A stretch of DNA of 64,000 nt, taken from the human T2T-CHM13v2.0 reference genome, Homo sapiens. Below, piece by piece: positions 1 to 15,369 of this stretch. The position numbers and the translations under genes are program-made. Numbering within the stretch: position 1 is the stretch's first letter; every line of letters begins with the position of its first letter. The stretch lies in NCBI RefSeq assembly GCF_009914755.1, contig NC_060933.1; one strand, given 5' to 3'. Below the pieces are notes generated by a model. That model did no database searches. It saw nothing but the letters and a program-made list of their open reading frames with translations, and had not been told where the DNA came from.

Positions 1-414
1 GGCTGGGGCTGGGGACAGGGAGAGTCCACACCCATTTCAGTCTTGCAAGGAGTGCCCTGTGGAGGGGGTGTCCAGGAGGTTCTGGAAAAATGCAGTTGAG
101 GGCCACTTTCAGCATATTTGAGCTGGGTGTCCATGCAGCAAAGCCATCCGGACATGCCAGGCCTGCCTGGCCCTCACGGAGCTTGCTGGGTTGGGACAGG
201 GTGGCTGCAGAGTGCCATTCAGGCAGAAGTAGAGGCGTGGACACAGCACTCTTGGTTCTGGGCTTATTGTTTGCTCAGTGGCTCAATCCCCCCCCCCCGC
301 CCCTGCCAGGCACCAGTTACCCACTGGGGAAAGGACAGAGGCAGTGCCCTGTGGCCACCCACCTCCAAGCCCGCTCACCCGGGCCTATCCCTCTGCTTGT
401 CTCCCCCACTGCAG

Positions 415-523
415 TACTTTAAGAAGCAGAAGCGGCTCATCCCGGAGAGGACAGTATGGAAGTACTTTGTGCAGCTGTGCAGCGCCGTGGAGCACATGCA
501 TTCACGCCGGGTGATGCACCGAG
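415..523 (+). CDS. NEK6: NEK6 coding exon (109 nt; exon 6 in recalled canonical numbering), alphaE and start of the catalytic loop
   Basis: Acceptor ctgcag|TAC, donor G|gtacgt. Translates [36 protein letters not shown](D), matching NEK6. Phase 1 joins the next exon to complete HRD. Confidence 0.98.
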
Positions 524-1074
524 GTACGTGCCACCCGCCAGGAGCCGCCCGGAGCCACCTGGAGCCCAGGAAGACACTTCCTCATGGCTCCTCCAGGGTC
601 CTCAGGGGCAGCCCCTTGAGGAAGTTGGACCGCTCTGTATTCCCCAGGCAAGGGGGCTGCCCAGCAACCGCGCACACACACGCGCCCGGGTCAGGAACCT
701 CCCCGAGGTGGAAAGTGACATGAGCCCCAGGGGGCAGGGGCCCCGCTTGGCACACCACTTCCAGTTCCCCACAGCAGCCTGGGAGGGAGGTCGAGGAAGC
801 CTCGCACAGAGGGGACTTTCATGGGGGCTTTGCCGTCTCAGCGGGCTGGGCTGAGAAGGGGAGGCACCTGAGAGGGGTGTTTCCACAGTTGACATGATTC
901 CGAGTTGTGAGAAAGGAGCCTGCTGGGTGCCCGGCAGGGCACGAGGTCCTTTACGTAGGCTGCTTCATGGACACCTCCGTTCCTTCACTCTACCTGTATC
1001 TCTTGGTGTCTGCTGTATTGGAGGCCCCGCCCTCACTGGGGGGTACGGCACTGGGTGCTCCACTGAGCACTCCG

Positions 1075-1175
1075 TTCATTCATTACGCAGATTTTCCCTG
1101 AGGGCCTCCTGTGTGCGAGGCACTGTTCTAGGCATGGAGGATACAGCTCTAGAGCAGGAAACAGGAGCACAGAAA
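1075..1175 (-). mobile_element. L2 3'-end fragment
   Basis: ttcattca...ctgtgtgcgaggcactgttctaggcatggaggatacag resembles the reverse L2 3' end. Confidence 0.6.
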
Positions 1176-1189
1176 CCCCTGCTGTCTTA

Positions 1190-1290
1190 ACCCTCACAGC
1201 AGCTCTGTCAAGTTGGTGGAGGGAGACCCATTTTTCATATGAAGAAACTGAGGCTCAGAAATGGTCAATTTCCCGAGGTCCCACAGCCAG
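1190..1290 (-). mobile_element. MIR fragment
   Basis: cccatttttcatatgaagaaactgaggctcag, the reverse MIR core. Confidence 0.65.
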
Positions 1291-1422
1291 AGCCAGGACA
1301 GGGCCTTGCCCTGAGGGAGCAGGACCTGGGCTAGGCCTCACCTTCCTCCCCCTTCCTCTCGTCCTGCCCCACCTACCCCAAGCCTCCTACCCCACACCAA
1401 TCTCCTTCTCCTCGCCCTGCAG

Positions 1423-1530
1423 ACATCAAGCCTGCCAACGTGTTCATCACAGCCACGGGCGTCGTGAAGCTCGGTGACCTTGGTCTGGGCCGCTTCTTCA
1501 GCTCTGAGACCACCGCAGCCCACTCCCTAG
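1423..1530 (+). CDS. NEK6: NEK6 coding exon (108 nt; exon 7), catalytic loop, DLG motif, activation loop
   Basis: Acceptor ctgcag|AC, donor G|gtaagg. Translates (D)[35 protein letters not shown](V). DLG in place of DFG is typical of NEK6/NEK7; SSET rather than SSKT indicates NEK6. Confidence 0.98.
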
Positions 1531-4189
1531 GTAAGGGGGACCTGTCTGTGCCCCAGCAGCCCCCAGCGGTCCTGGTGACCATGCAGGGAGACGCAAACAT
1601 TCTCCCCACGTGTGTTTGGTCAGTTAGTGCAGGAAGATGCCTTTTTTAAGCCCCAGGGTTTTCTCATCTGTTCAGAATAGTGACCCAGAAGGGAATCAGC
1701 TGTGGCCAGAGGAGCCCAGCTGGGGCTTCCCACACCCCCTGATCACCTCCCAGCCCTTGCGGGAGAAGCTGACTGAGCCGGTTGCTTGGAGCAGGGGGCG
1801 TGTCTGTGGCACAGGGCGGTCATCTTCCCACTGCTGTGAGTGTCCCGTTCACGGGCAGCACCCTTGGTCCATCCCTCCTAGGGGGTGGACATTTGCACTG
1901 TTCCTAGTTTCTGGCTTTTAAACTGGCGGTTTTGAGGCTGTGGGGACCAGGTGCCTGCCAGGGAGGAGGTGACATTGTAGCTGGACCATAAAGGGAGACC
2001 AGATGCTGTTGGGACAGGGAAGGGGAGGGAGCAGCGTTCCAGGAAACAGTGGGTGAGCCTCGGTGTGCGGCTGAGCTTGGCTTTGCCACAGACCAGGGTC
2101 CTTGCAGGAGTGGCATGAAAAGCGGGCAGGGCCTTGAACTCTGAGCTCAGTGGGCTGGACACCACCCTATGGGTCGGGGGGTGCTGAAGGGCTGGACTCC
2201 GGAAGAGACTTGGTCAGATGTGTTTTGGGGACAGGTGAAGCAATGGCAAGCTTCAGTATCCACACACTGGGTATGTAACCAAATGTGAAACTTGGAATGC
2301 TGTACGATGGGGGATTTTTCATTTAGTGAGAACAAAGGAACCAAGAAAGCCCCCGCTTCCCCACCAGTGGAACACAGGAGCAGGGTCTCCTGTGCGTTAC
2401 TACAAGGCTGTCTGGGTTTCACCACGCCCATCTGTGGGAACATTTCCCAGAGGCCCATGGAGTGGGCGAGGGCCCCTGCTTTCTCAGGGCTATTTCCTGG
2501 CTCTTTGAGGTGTGTTTGCAGTGGAAGGTGCCCCCAGGCCCACCCCCTGTGTGCTGTGCCCACCAGCATCCGCTTCCCCAGGAGGGGGCTGGGCCCCAGG
2601 AGCTGCCCGCCGCCTCCTTGAACACCGCCCCATTCCAGCTCATTTCCACCCCACTCCATGGCTCAAGCCAGGACGTCTCCTATCCCCAGACCCCCGAGTG
2701 CCTGCGGCAAGCGGGGTGTGAGAGACAGCAGCATTGTCTGGGCGGAGGCACTTTCTGGAAGTCACAGTGTCCTGTGGAAAGTGTCACTGTTCATACAGGT
2801 TCCAGAGAGACTCTCAGCGCGTCACACACACTTAGGAGAAATGTACGAGCCTAGAGACCAGCGACTCCCAGCAGCTGATGGAGCCAGCGGGGCTGGCGGG
2901 GAGGGGGTTGTTTTGAAACTCTTGTCCCCACCTGGCCAGGCCTCAGGAGCTCTTCCTTTAGCTCCAAAGGGAAGATGTGTAGGGACCCACCCCCCAGGGA
3001 GTATGGGACGTTCCACTCATGCCCTTGACAGCCCCAAGCATCCAGCCATCCTTCCCTTTAGCAGAGGAAGAATCAGAAATCCAGGCGCTCGAGAGATTTT
3101 TCCGAGGTCACATGGCAGCAGGCCTCTCCTTCAGAACCCACGCTGCTTCCAGGAAACGAGGGCCGGGGGCCTCGGCAGATACCGTTGGAGTCCCCCTTTG
3201 GGGACCCGGGCCACTGACTCTCCGTTGCTGGAAGGAAGCCTCGTCTTTCCTTGTCCCCTCAAACATTTACTTCCCTTGTGAAAAACCAAGTGTTTCGGTC
3301 AGTTTGGGACTGTTTACCTGTGTGGTTGAAGGGCTTCGAAAAGACCAGGAAATTCAAGGGAAGCTGTCAAAGAGAAGAGTTAGAACCGCTGCATCCTGTC
3401 CCCCGTCAGTCAGCACCGAGCCTTTCTCTGTCCCACTGCAGAAAAAAGACTGTGGCGCTCCGTCAGAGAGGGTTAGGATCGCATCATTAGGAATGGGCAG
3501 AGATGCGTCTCATCCGACAGTATGATTTTATTGACTTGGACTGGTGCACTTATTATATTAATGAGAAGGAATTGGAACTTGGGAGAAGGCCGCCCTCATA
3601 AGCCGGGCTCTTCCCAAGCCCTCCGAGCGCCGACCAGGCCACATGATGGGTGGAAGGAGCCCTCCTGGGGCCTGTCCCCACTCCGGGCTCTGTGCCCGGC
3701 ATCCAGGAGAGATGCCCAATGAGCTGAGGCCTGCACGGAGCTGAGCAAGTCCCTGCCAGCAGGACAAGCTCCCAGAACCAAGGGCCTGCACCCACCAGGT
3801 TCTAGAATGGTGACAGTGCCAAGCTAAAGCCCAGGACCTGTATCTCCAAGACCCAGGGGAAAGACCCCTTCCACCAAGAGGTTCTGCAAACAGCTAAGTC
3901 TTGCACACACGTTTGGTTGGGCAAGAGATTGAACTAATTACCATTGCATCGTGACTCAGGAGGGGCACAGGGGCCAGGGACACTTCACGCCCTGTGCGTG
4001 GGGATGAATTATGCATCTGCCGCATCTCATGTGCACCTACTATGTGGGGATGCTGTGGTGGCAGCCACGTTGCCCCAGCAACCACCTCATCTCCTAAGGC
4101 TGCTGACCCAAGAGCTGGGCTTATGCAAATCTGGTCTCCTCCCACTTCCCCCCTCCCTGGGCCCCCTCCCCGCCTCTGTATTTGCTAAC

Positions 4190-4590
4190 ACGAGGCTGGC
4201 ATGAAAGGGCATTAGTCAGTGCCATGGTCGGGCTGACAGGTGCGGTACCCAGCGGTGGCAGAGTGGCTGCCTCGGTGTCAGAAATAGGAGCCGTAATTAG
4301 AGCGCGGAACAGAATGAGCGTCAGACGAATTACCAGGCAGCAGATCATATTTGTCAGGAAGGATTGCATACATAAAAATTAAGTGACAGTACACGCCGGC
4401 GTAATGCAGGAAAAATGAAAGATTTGCCTATACACAGCTCACAAGCTACAAGCAAGTGTCTCGCTCCGAGCAACGGCAGCAGCTGCAAGACAAATCACGG
4501 GGCTGGGAGAGCGGGCGGGCAGGCCTGGCTCCTCGGCTGTAGTGACAGGACAGTCTCGGTGACAGGCAGCCACGGGTGACAGGGCAGGAA
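4190..4590. promoter_or_regulatory. Candidate developmental enhancer (TALE/homeobox motif cluster)
   Basis: Five TGACAG sites plus several TAAT/ATTA motifs in non-repeat, CpG-retaining sequence. Confidence 0.45.
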
Positions 4591-5043
4591 GGGCGGCTGG
4601 TCACACCCAGGCCCATGCAGGGCCCGTGCTGCCTCTTGGGGGCTGGGAGAGCAAGTCTAGTTGGGGGTGACCCCATCAGGTACTCGAGGTCAGGGCCCTG
4701 CTGGGTCTCCCAGGGCTTAGCCTGGCGCTGAGGCGCAAACCCCTTCCTTCTTCTTCCTTGAGCAAACTGCCTGGCCCTGGGCTGTGTGCTGGGGATATGC
4801 GATTATGCAGCTTTCGAGGGGACAGACACAGTCCATGCCAGGTGGCATGGTGAGGGGACAGGTGGGACTGCCTCTTGGGGCCCACTGTGGGCAGGCAGGG
4901 CAGGCGTGGGGCTCTGTGATTCTATACAGAGCCCCAGGGAGCCCAGGGTGGCTCCACCCCTCCCAGAGCCGCCCTCACTTCGTTACTCTGTAGCCACTGA
5001 ACTCACTGAAAAGATGAGTTAAAGACGGAGAAAAAAGAGTTCA

Positions 5044-5470
<427 letters not shown>

Positions 5471-7686
5471 CCTGTGGTCACCCAGTAGCCAGATACCAGA
5501 GCCCCACGGGAAATCAGCTCAAGTTGAAGAGCCCTTCTCGAGGCATCAGCCTGCAGCATGGCCCAGGGAGGGTTTGGGTTGTGGGTGCCCAGGGAAGGGG
5601 TCGAGAGAGGATCCCCAGCGAGACCTCAGGTGTGAGGAACACCTAGGGCTCTGAGCGCTCCATCCCTGAGGAAAAGCCCACCTGACCTCGCCAGCAGCAG
5701 GTGTTGGTGGAGGACCTGGAGCTCATCCTGGGCCCCACAGGGAAGGACAGAGCCTCCTCTCATGGTGTGTGTCAGCGCTGCCTTGCCGGGGATCACACCG
5801 TGCTGTGCTGCGTCTGTGCCCAGGCCTGGCATGGGGGCCCTTGTGGAACATTTGCTGAGTGGATGGACGACCTTCATGGCCAGGCATCCCTGGGGACACC
5901 TGTCCGTGCAGGTGCGGAGGGCCATGCAGATGCATCCCAGGCCGCCTCCTGCCCCAGCCCCACCCTGCGTCCCATCCCAACAGTGCAGGATGCCTGGGAA
6001 TGATCCTGTCAGTCCCTCGGGCCCAGAATCCCTGCCTCAGCAGATGGATCTCAGGCCTGAGTTTCAGCCGAGGTTCTGAGCACTAACCCCTCGGTGGCAG
6101 TCACAGGTCTGCCACCTTCCTGGCATTTTCAGGGGCACAGACTGTTAGGAAGAGATGAGCTGATGCCAAGAGGGGAGGGAAGGAGAGGGAAGGGCCTTAA
6201 GGGGCCAGCAAGTGAGGAGTCAATCTGGACCTGGGATGTAAACTCCAGCTCTTTGGTTCATTCATTCGTTCATCCATTCGACAAGGATCTGTGCTGGGCC
6301 TGGGCCGTTCCCCGGGAAGGCTGGCTTGGCCCCTGCCTTTGTGGAAGATACAGCCTGGTAGGAGAATCCATTTAGTCTTCACCATGAACCAAACACTCCT
6401 CCAACAATTGCTTCTCATTTTCCAGAGAGGGAAACCAAGTCTGCAGAGGTCAGGGGGGGACCCTCTGTTTTCCTGATGGGGAGACCGAGGCTGAGAGAGA
6501 GTTTCTGTTCTCAGCCAGGGAGTGGAGGAAGCAGGTGCAGCCCAGCCAGCTCCAGCTCCATGTCACTGCTGTCCCCACCTGCCCCTGTCTGTCCCATGGA
6601 GGATTCAGTGCCAAGGCACAGCCCCCCAGCCCAATGTCCCGCCGGCTGGACGGATGTCAGCAAGGAGACCGCATTTCTCCAGCTGCTTTCCAATCCACCA
6701 TCTGGGGAAGAGGGGCAGCTTGCAGACACCAGCCTCCCCTTCCTGTGAAATCTGCCTTTTTCGTAGCTAATGAACATGTTTCAAACACCGAGAGCATTTC
6801 AAAACACGGCAAAGTTTGTTTTGACAGGACCGGCGCATCTTGGGGAAGTGGGGCCCCTTTAATCAGCCTCCCTCTTTCAGATCCCGCATTCTCCTCTGAT
6901 ATCTGCTGGGTTTGAAATCGGGAGTTCTAGGTAAAGATTCCGGGAAGGTCAGGGTTTGTCAGGCTCTTCTTTCATACACACAGCTCCGTCCCCCACCAAG
7001 AGGAGGGGGCGGTGGGAGTCTCAGGGAGGGGCATGGAAACCCAGGCTGCACAGGGCTCTGCCTCTGCGTCTCGGCATCGCCGGGAGATGGGCCGGGATAA
7101 GGCCCGGGCTGCACTGCACACAGAGGTCGTCCTGGGCAGGACCCCCGCTGTCTGTGGAGACCCCTCCTCCTGCCAGCTTCCCCGACTCCTCCTCAGAATC
7201 CCAGCTCTCCTGGCGTCTGGGGATGCATCCTCCAGTGGCCCGCTGCAAGCTGGGGGTTTCTTTGAAATCTCTTGTTTTATCTTCAAAACTCATGCGAGTT
7301 GGGCATTGTGCTCTGTAGTGTCTGAGTGGCTATTGTCAGCGTAGACACCAGGCTTTACGTGACTTATTCCCAGACAAGTTGCCGTCACAGGAAGAGGTGC
7401 TGTATCTGCTCCTGTAGCTTCCCACAGCCCTAGCTGCAGTCCAGGACACCCTGCCCCCGAGTGAGACACAGCACCCTGACTTTAAGATAGAAGGGGGAGC
7501 AGCCCCTCCCCTGGGTCAGGGGGTTGGGGAACCTGCCGGGAGGCAGGGACCTGAGGACCCTGTGCTGCCAGGCTCAGGATGGGCCAAGCCTCTCTCAGTT
7601 AAGGCTTCACTAGTTCCTTCACTTTCTTTACCTTTCCGTTGCACAGATGCTCACCGAGCGTCTGAAAGAGTGAGGTGGGTGAGTGA

Positions 7687-8165
<479 letters not shown>

Positions 8166-8309
8166 CAAGTCCATTCTTGATAGACATGGTCTACTGGCTG
8201 TTTCTGAATACTTCCTGGGACAGGCAACTAACTCCCTGCCTCCTGATGGGCCCACTCCTGCAAGGTCCCAGCAGGGTCAAGGCTCAGTTAATCTTAGTTG
8301 GAGGTGGGC

Positions 8310-8437
8310 AGGTGGCTGGCTGGATGGATGGGTGATGGACAGACTGATGGATGAATGAATGGGGGTTGGATGGATGGATGGATGGACGATAGACAATTAT
8401 GGATGGTTGGACAGTTGGGTGGATGATGGATGGATGG
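8310..8437 (+). repeat. Degenerate (TGGA)n repeat
   Basis: Repeated tggatgga units. Confidence 0.85.
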
Positions 8438-9916
8438 CAATTTGCAACACTAGCATCTTAGAAGAAAGCTCCAAATTGCATTTGGATGTTTGCCTTTTCT
8501 CCGTACACCAGTGGAAATGGGGTAAGCAGAGAGAGCAGTGAGGTGGCAGAGGAATGAGGTGAAGAGAGGAGGGGACGGAGGGCTGGTGACCCCAATCTCT
8601 CTCTGCCCACGTGCCCAGGCTTTCAATATAAAGCCAGGCTGAGACAGGGATCTGTCGGCCTGCCTTGGAGCTCCAGCAGAGGGAGGAGGTGGTGACAGAA
8701 CAAAGGGACAAACCTAACGTTTGGGTCCTGCTGAGCAGCCGGCTCTCCCTGGCCAGGGGAGGGGACCTTAAAGGAGCCCGCAAGGTGGCAAAGGGAATAG
8801 CACGTGCAAAGGCACAGAGGCGAGTGGAAAAGCGGGCTGGGGCTGGGGCTGGAGTAGCCGCTGTGGGAGGACCCGGGCTGAGGGCCAGGCACTCCAAGCC
8901 CTTGCTTTCCGATGGTCCTGGCCAAGGCAGCGCCAGGCCACACCCCGGCCCCAGTGTAGGTGACCTCTCCCCACAGCATCCCTCCTGTAGAGGCCCAGGC
9001 AGATCCACAGTGAGCAGAGGAGACTCAGGGTGGGAAGAGCCTGTAGGGTCAGACAGGAAGGGGCTTGGCCAGGGGTCTGAAGGGTTCAGTGTTAGCCAGA
9101 CAGTGCACAGTGGTGTCTCTCACTGGGGACAGGACTCCCTGCCTGCATCTGTCCCCTGCCATCTCTGTGTGCACCCCATCAGCCCTACATCATTGTCCAA
9201 CCTGTAGGCACATCCATCCATAGCACCCAGGTGCTGGAATCCACTTACATTTGTCCTGAGGTTCCCACTGTTCACCGAGAACTGTGTGTTTCATCCCATG
9301 GTTGGCTACGACAAGCCATCCATTTCACACTGGGCTGTTCCTTTACTTTTGCTCCCTCGTGACCAAAATATACAAGGTGTTGCTACTGGAAGTTGCGATT
9401 TGCTGTCCTATAAGAACCCCACACGGATTCATATGTTGACTGACAGCCCTTTCTGCTGAGTAGCGGTTAGCCCCTGGCTTCGCTCATCAAGTATGCATAG
9501 AGGATGACACCTTTCTCACAAGCAGGGCTTTAAGTGAGGGCTGCTGCGCTTGTTTGGGGATTATTGCCATGAAAAGGAGCTTGGTATCCTGATGAAGCAA
9601 TAATCACATTTCAGACAGTTGAGCTCCGGGCAGCCATCAGTTAAATAAGCAGTGTGTTCAGCTGCAAGGAAGAATTGTGGGCAGTGGCACGTGCCGCCAC
9701 ATAGCTCACAGGCAGGCGGACTCATTCATCCAGTGAGCGGACGCCCACAAGGCACCCACTATGAGCCGTCCTGCGCAGGGTACTGGGATGCGGCAACAAA
9801 CAAAGTCCTGCCCCTGGGAGTTCACAGCCCAGATCAGAGATTTCCAACACCATTACAGCCTCTCCAAAAACTGCGAGGTAGTTCTTCATCCATCTCCATT
9901 AAGATAAGAAAAACAA

Positions 9917-10412
<496 letters not shown>

Positions 10413-10815
10413 TCAGTTTTGAGAAATGGGTTTTCTCAATCATGCCAAGCTGTCTTTTCTTTAAAAATCATAGTGACTGACACTAAATGGTAGTTGGGGG
10501 CTTTGTGTTTTTTAAATGCTTCCTTCATGAAATTAAAAGTTACCTGTGTTTTTCCCGAAATCTCTTGACCCGTGAAACCCTGAGGCCTGGGCCCGGTGCC
10601 TTCTGAGTCCAGCCCCTGAATGGTCCATTCTCCTCCCAGGGTCCTGGATCCCCTCTTCCTCATGTCACAGGCCACATCTCAGCCAGCCTTTGCCACGCTG
10701 GGACTCCAGCTCACCACAGAGACTGGTTAGGACAGCAGCAGCCTCTGTCACATGACATGGTGTCTCCAGGCCAGTGAAAATGTTCTCAGTTTAGCAACCT
10801 TAAAAATCCAGGCCA

Positions 10816-11099
10816 GGCTGGGTGCAGTGGCTCACACCTATAATCCCAGCACTTTGGGAGGCCGAGGCAGACGGATCACCTGAGGTCAGGAGTTCAAGAC
10901 CAGCCTGGCCAACATGGTGAAACTCCGTCTCTACTAAAAATATAAAAATTAGCTGGGCATGATGGCACGTGCCTGTAATCCCAGCTACTCAGGAGGCTGA
11001 GGCATGAGATTCACTTCAACCCGGAAGGCAGAGGTGATCGCGCCACTGCACTCCAGCCTGGGCGACAGAGCGAGACTCTGTCTCAAAAAAAAAAAAAAA
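10816..11099 (+). mobile_element. Alu (AluS-like, small right-arm deletion)
   Basis: Alu body and poly(A); degenerate TSD aaaaatccaggcc / agaattccgggcc. Confidence 0.96.
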
Positions 11100-11494
11100 G
11101 AATTCCGGGCCTATGCCTCCAGAATAGCCATCCACTCAATGGGCTGATAGGAGAATGTCAGGTTACAGGACCAGATTCCTGGGCTCCACTCCAGACCTGC
11201 TAAATCAGCCCCTCTGCTGAGGTGTTCATGCCTCTGGTGATGGAGAGCTCACTGCTTCAGGAAATCCTCCCATCTTTGCACGGTTCCAGCTCATCCAATA
11301 TGTGCCCTGCTGCCCAGAGATAACCCTACAGGTGCTGGGAGGTCAGGGCACAGCCCTCCACAATTTCCTCAGTGTTGGCGTTTCCTGCGGGGAGAAGAGG
11401 GACCCTGAGGACAGGCCCTGAAGCCCTCTGGCTTCCCTCTTGGCAGCAGAGCCCCATCTTCACCATTAACACCTTTTTCCTCATTCACTTTTTA

Positions 11495-12720
<1,226 letters not shown>

Positions 12721-12779
12721 GTCTGGACCGGCTAATTGGCGGGTGGCCATGGGCAGAGCTAAGTGGTCAGTTTCTGGAA

Positions 12780-12920
12780 CCTGAGGGTCTGGGTTTGAAC
12801 TAATTCCTGCCACTCTCGTGCAAACCTCTTCACCCATCTGAGCCTCAGTTTCTCCATCTGGAAAATGGAGATACTGCCTCATAGCACTGTTGGGAACAGA
12901 AATGAGCTGACACATGGAAG
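12780..12920 (+). mobile_element. MIR
   Basis: ctgagcctcagtttctccatctggaaaatggagata core. Confidence 0.7.
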
Positions 12921-13104
12921 ATCTTGGTCAGCCTCCACAGTGATGGTTTTTTCACTGTTCAGAGCCTGATCCTGACTCTTGCAGATTCAGACAGTCCCCT
13001 TAAAGGACATGTGGTCAGTTGCTTCCCCCAGCCGGGCCGAGGCATCCCCTTCCCCTGGGCAGCTGGCAGAAACACCAACCCCCAGCTCTCCAGCCCCATC
13101 CTGA

Positions 13105-13375
13105 TTTTTTTTTTTTTTTTTTTTTTTTGAGCCCGAATCTCACTCTGTTGCCCAGGCTGGAGTGCAGTGGCGCAATCTTGGCTCTCTGCAGCCTCCGCCT
13201 CCCTGGTTTAAGTGATTCTCCTGCCTCAGCCTCCTGAGTAGCTTGGATTATAGGTGTCTGCCACTATGCCCAGCTAATTTTTGCATTTTTAGTAGAGGCG
13301 GGGTTTTGCCCTGTTGTCCACCCACCTTGGCCTCCCAGAGTGTTGGGATTACAGGCGTGAGCCATGGCGCCCAGC
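13105..13375 (-). mobile_element. Alu with internal left-arm deletion
   Basis: Poly(T) plus reverse Alu; the sequence jumps from tgttgtcca to cccaccttggcctcc. Confidence 0.94.
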
Positions 13376-13652
13376 CTCCCAGCCTGATTCTTGGTCTCGG
13401 TGGGTCCAGGGAATCTGCTTCAAGTCCCCGGCACCCCAGGTGTTTAGTGCCCTGCTAGCATGGGAACCTCTAATCTGATCCAACTGCTCATCTGACAGAG
13501 GAAGGCCCAGGCCCAGAGAGGGAGAAGGGCTGCTCAGAGACCGAGGCACAATCTCTCCCCAGCTCCCGTGTGCCCTCCCTCCAACCTCACCTCTGTGCCC
13601 TGCCCCTGCCCTACATGGAGCATAAGCAGCCCCGCCCCTTGCTGTGTTGCAG

Positions 13653-13747
13653 TGGGGACGCCCTACTACATGTCACCGGAGAGGATCCATGAGAACGGCT
13701 ACAACTTCAAGTCCGACATCTGGTCCTTGGGCTGTCTGCTGTACGAG
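13653..13747 (+). CDS. NEK6: NEK6 coding exon (95 nt; exon 8), subdomains VIII-IX
   Basis: Acceptor ttgcag|TG, donor GAG|gtgagt. Translates (V)[31 protein letters not shown], in frame with both neighbours. Confidence 0.98.
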
Positions 13748-14213
13748 GTGAGTCTCTGTCCGTGGCTCAGCAGCATTTGGTGGGACATGCATGGGGGGTG
13801 CCCAGTTAGGACAGGGCTCACCCTACCAGCTCAGGGTTGGAACCCAGGAATGTCACGTCTGCCTGAGGCATCGGTACCACCAGGGCCCTGTCCTTCACCC
13901 TCCTCAGCCCCACGTGGGGCCTGGTCTGCAGGGCCAGGCTGGTGGAGGCTGTTAGGGGGTGGACAGCAGTGGGCGGGGTCCAGGAAGGGAAGACAGGGAG
14001 CACAGGCCAGGCATCTGATCCCCAGCTGCCCCTGCCCCCGTCGCCCTGGTAACCACATTAACACACCGGCGATTCTGTTCATCCTTTATTATGGGTCAGG
14101 CCCGGTGCAGGGCACCTGGGGTCAGGAGAGGAGTCAGACTTGCCTCATGCCCCTGAATCACTCTCCACTGACAGGTGGCCACCCCCTCCAGGCCCAGAAA
14201 TGTGGGTCTCCCT

Positions 14214-14253
14214 AAAGACCACCACCTCTCCCCAAAGACCACCACCTCTCCCC
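14214..14253 (+). repeat. Perfect 20-bp tandem duplication
   Basis: aaagaccaccacctctcccc x2. Confidence 0.95.
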
Positions 14254-15149
14254 TGAGCTGTTAAATGGAGCTAGGGGATGGCCACTTCCAGACCTGGTGG
14301 CCTGCCTGGACAAAGGGACAGGAACATTTCTGAGTTTCAGTGAGCCCAGACGTGAGACAATAAGAATAAATGGAAGCCCCCCACCCATTTTGTCCAGCCA
14401 CACTGGGGCCCCAGGTGATGAGAGGTGTGGGGAGCATGAGCCACTCTTGGCCATGAAGCTCTTGCAGCCACCGGCAGGAGGGAGGCCTAAGTTCTCCGGT
14501 GTCCAGGTTGGCAGCCACACAAGCTCCCCACTGTCCCTAGACCACCAAAGGCTGGGTGGCTCCGGGATTCCATCCACCTGGCTGAGCCCCTCCGCATCTA
14601 TAAGATGGGAACAGGACCACCTGTCTTGCATTGTCCTCAGTCCTGATAAATGACAGACAGGAAAGGGCTCTGGAAACCCCCCCAGGCTGTTAGACACCAA
14701 GCCCGGCTTGGTTTTACAGTTGGAACCCTGACTGTTTTTCTGCTTTCCCTGGAGCTGACGTGAGCAGATGTGGGGTCTGGCTTGGAGCTGACACACTGAA
14801 AGAACTTCAGTCTCAGCTGCTGTGGCCGGTGACAGTCCACAGCAGTGATGCTCAGGACAGCGTGTCCAGGGCCTGCCTCGAGTGCTGCGCAGTTGTCCAC
14901 AGAGCCTGATTGCTCTGTCCCCTTGGGACTGTCGACTCTGAGGCTGACCTCACAGCCCTTGTGCATGAACTTGAGGGCTAAGCTGCCCACCGCTGGGCCA
15001 CGTGGGACCCGCGGCCGCTCTCGTGGCCAGGGGGTCTTGTGGCCAGGGTCTTTTGGTGGTGAGATTTCCCCTCCCCACATTACAGATTGAGACCATGAGT
15101 TCAAAACTCTGATCTGTTTGCAGGGTTTAAACTTCACAGCATCTTTCTT

Positions 15150-15359
<210 letters not shown>

Positions 15360-15369
15360 CAGCATCTTT

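Noticed and set aside
118-723. ORFs extending real NEK6 exons (also 13568-14215, 21721-21933)
   Set aside because: Only the GT-AG-bounded parts match the kinase; the rest is intron read-through.
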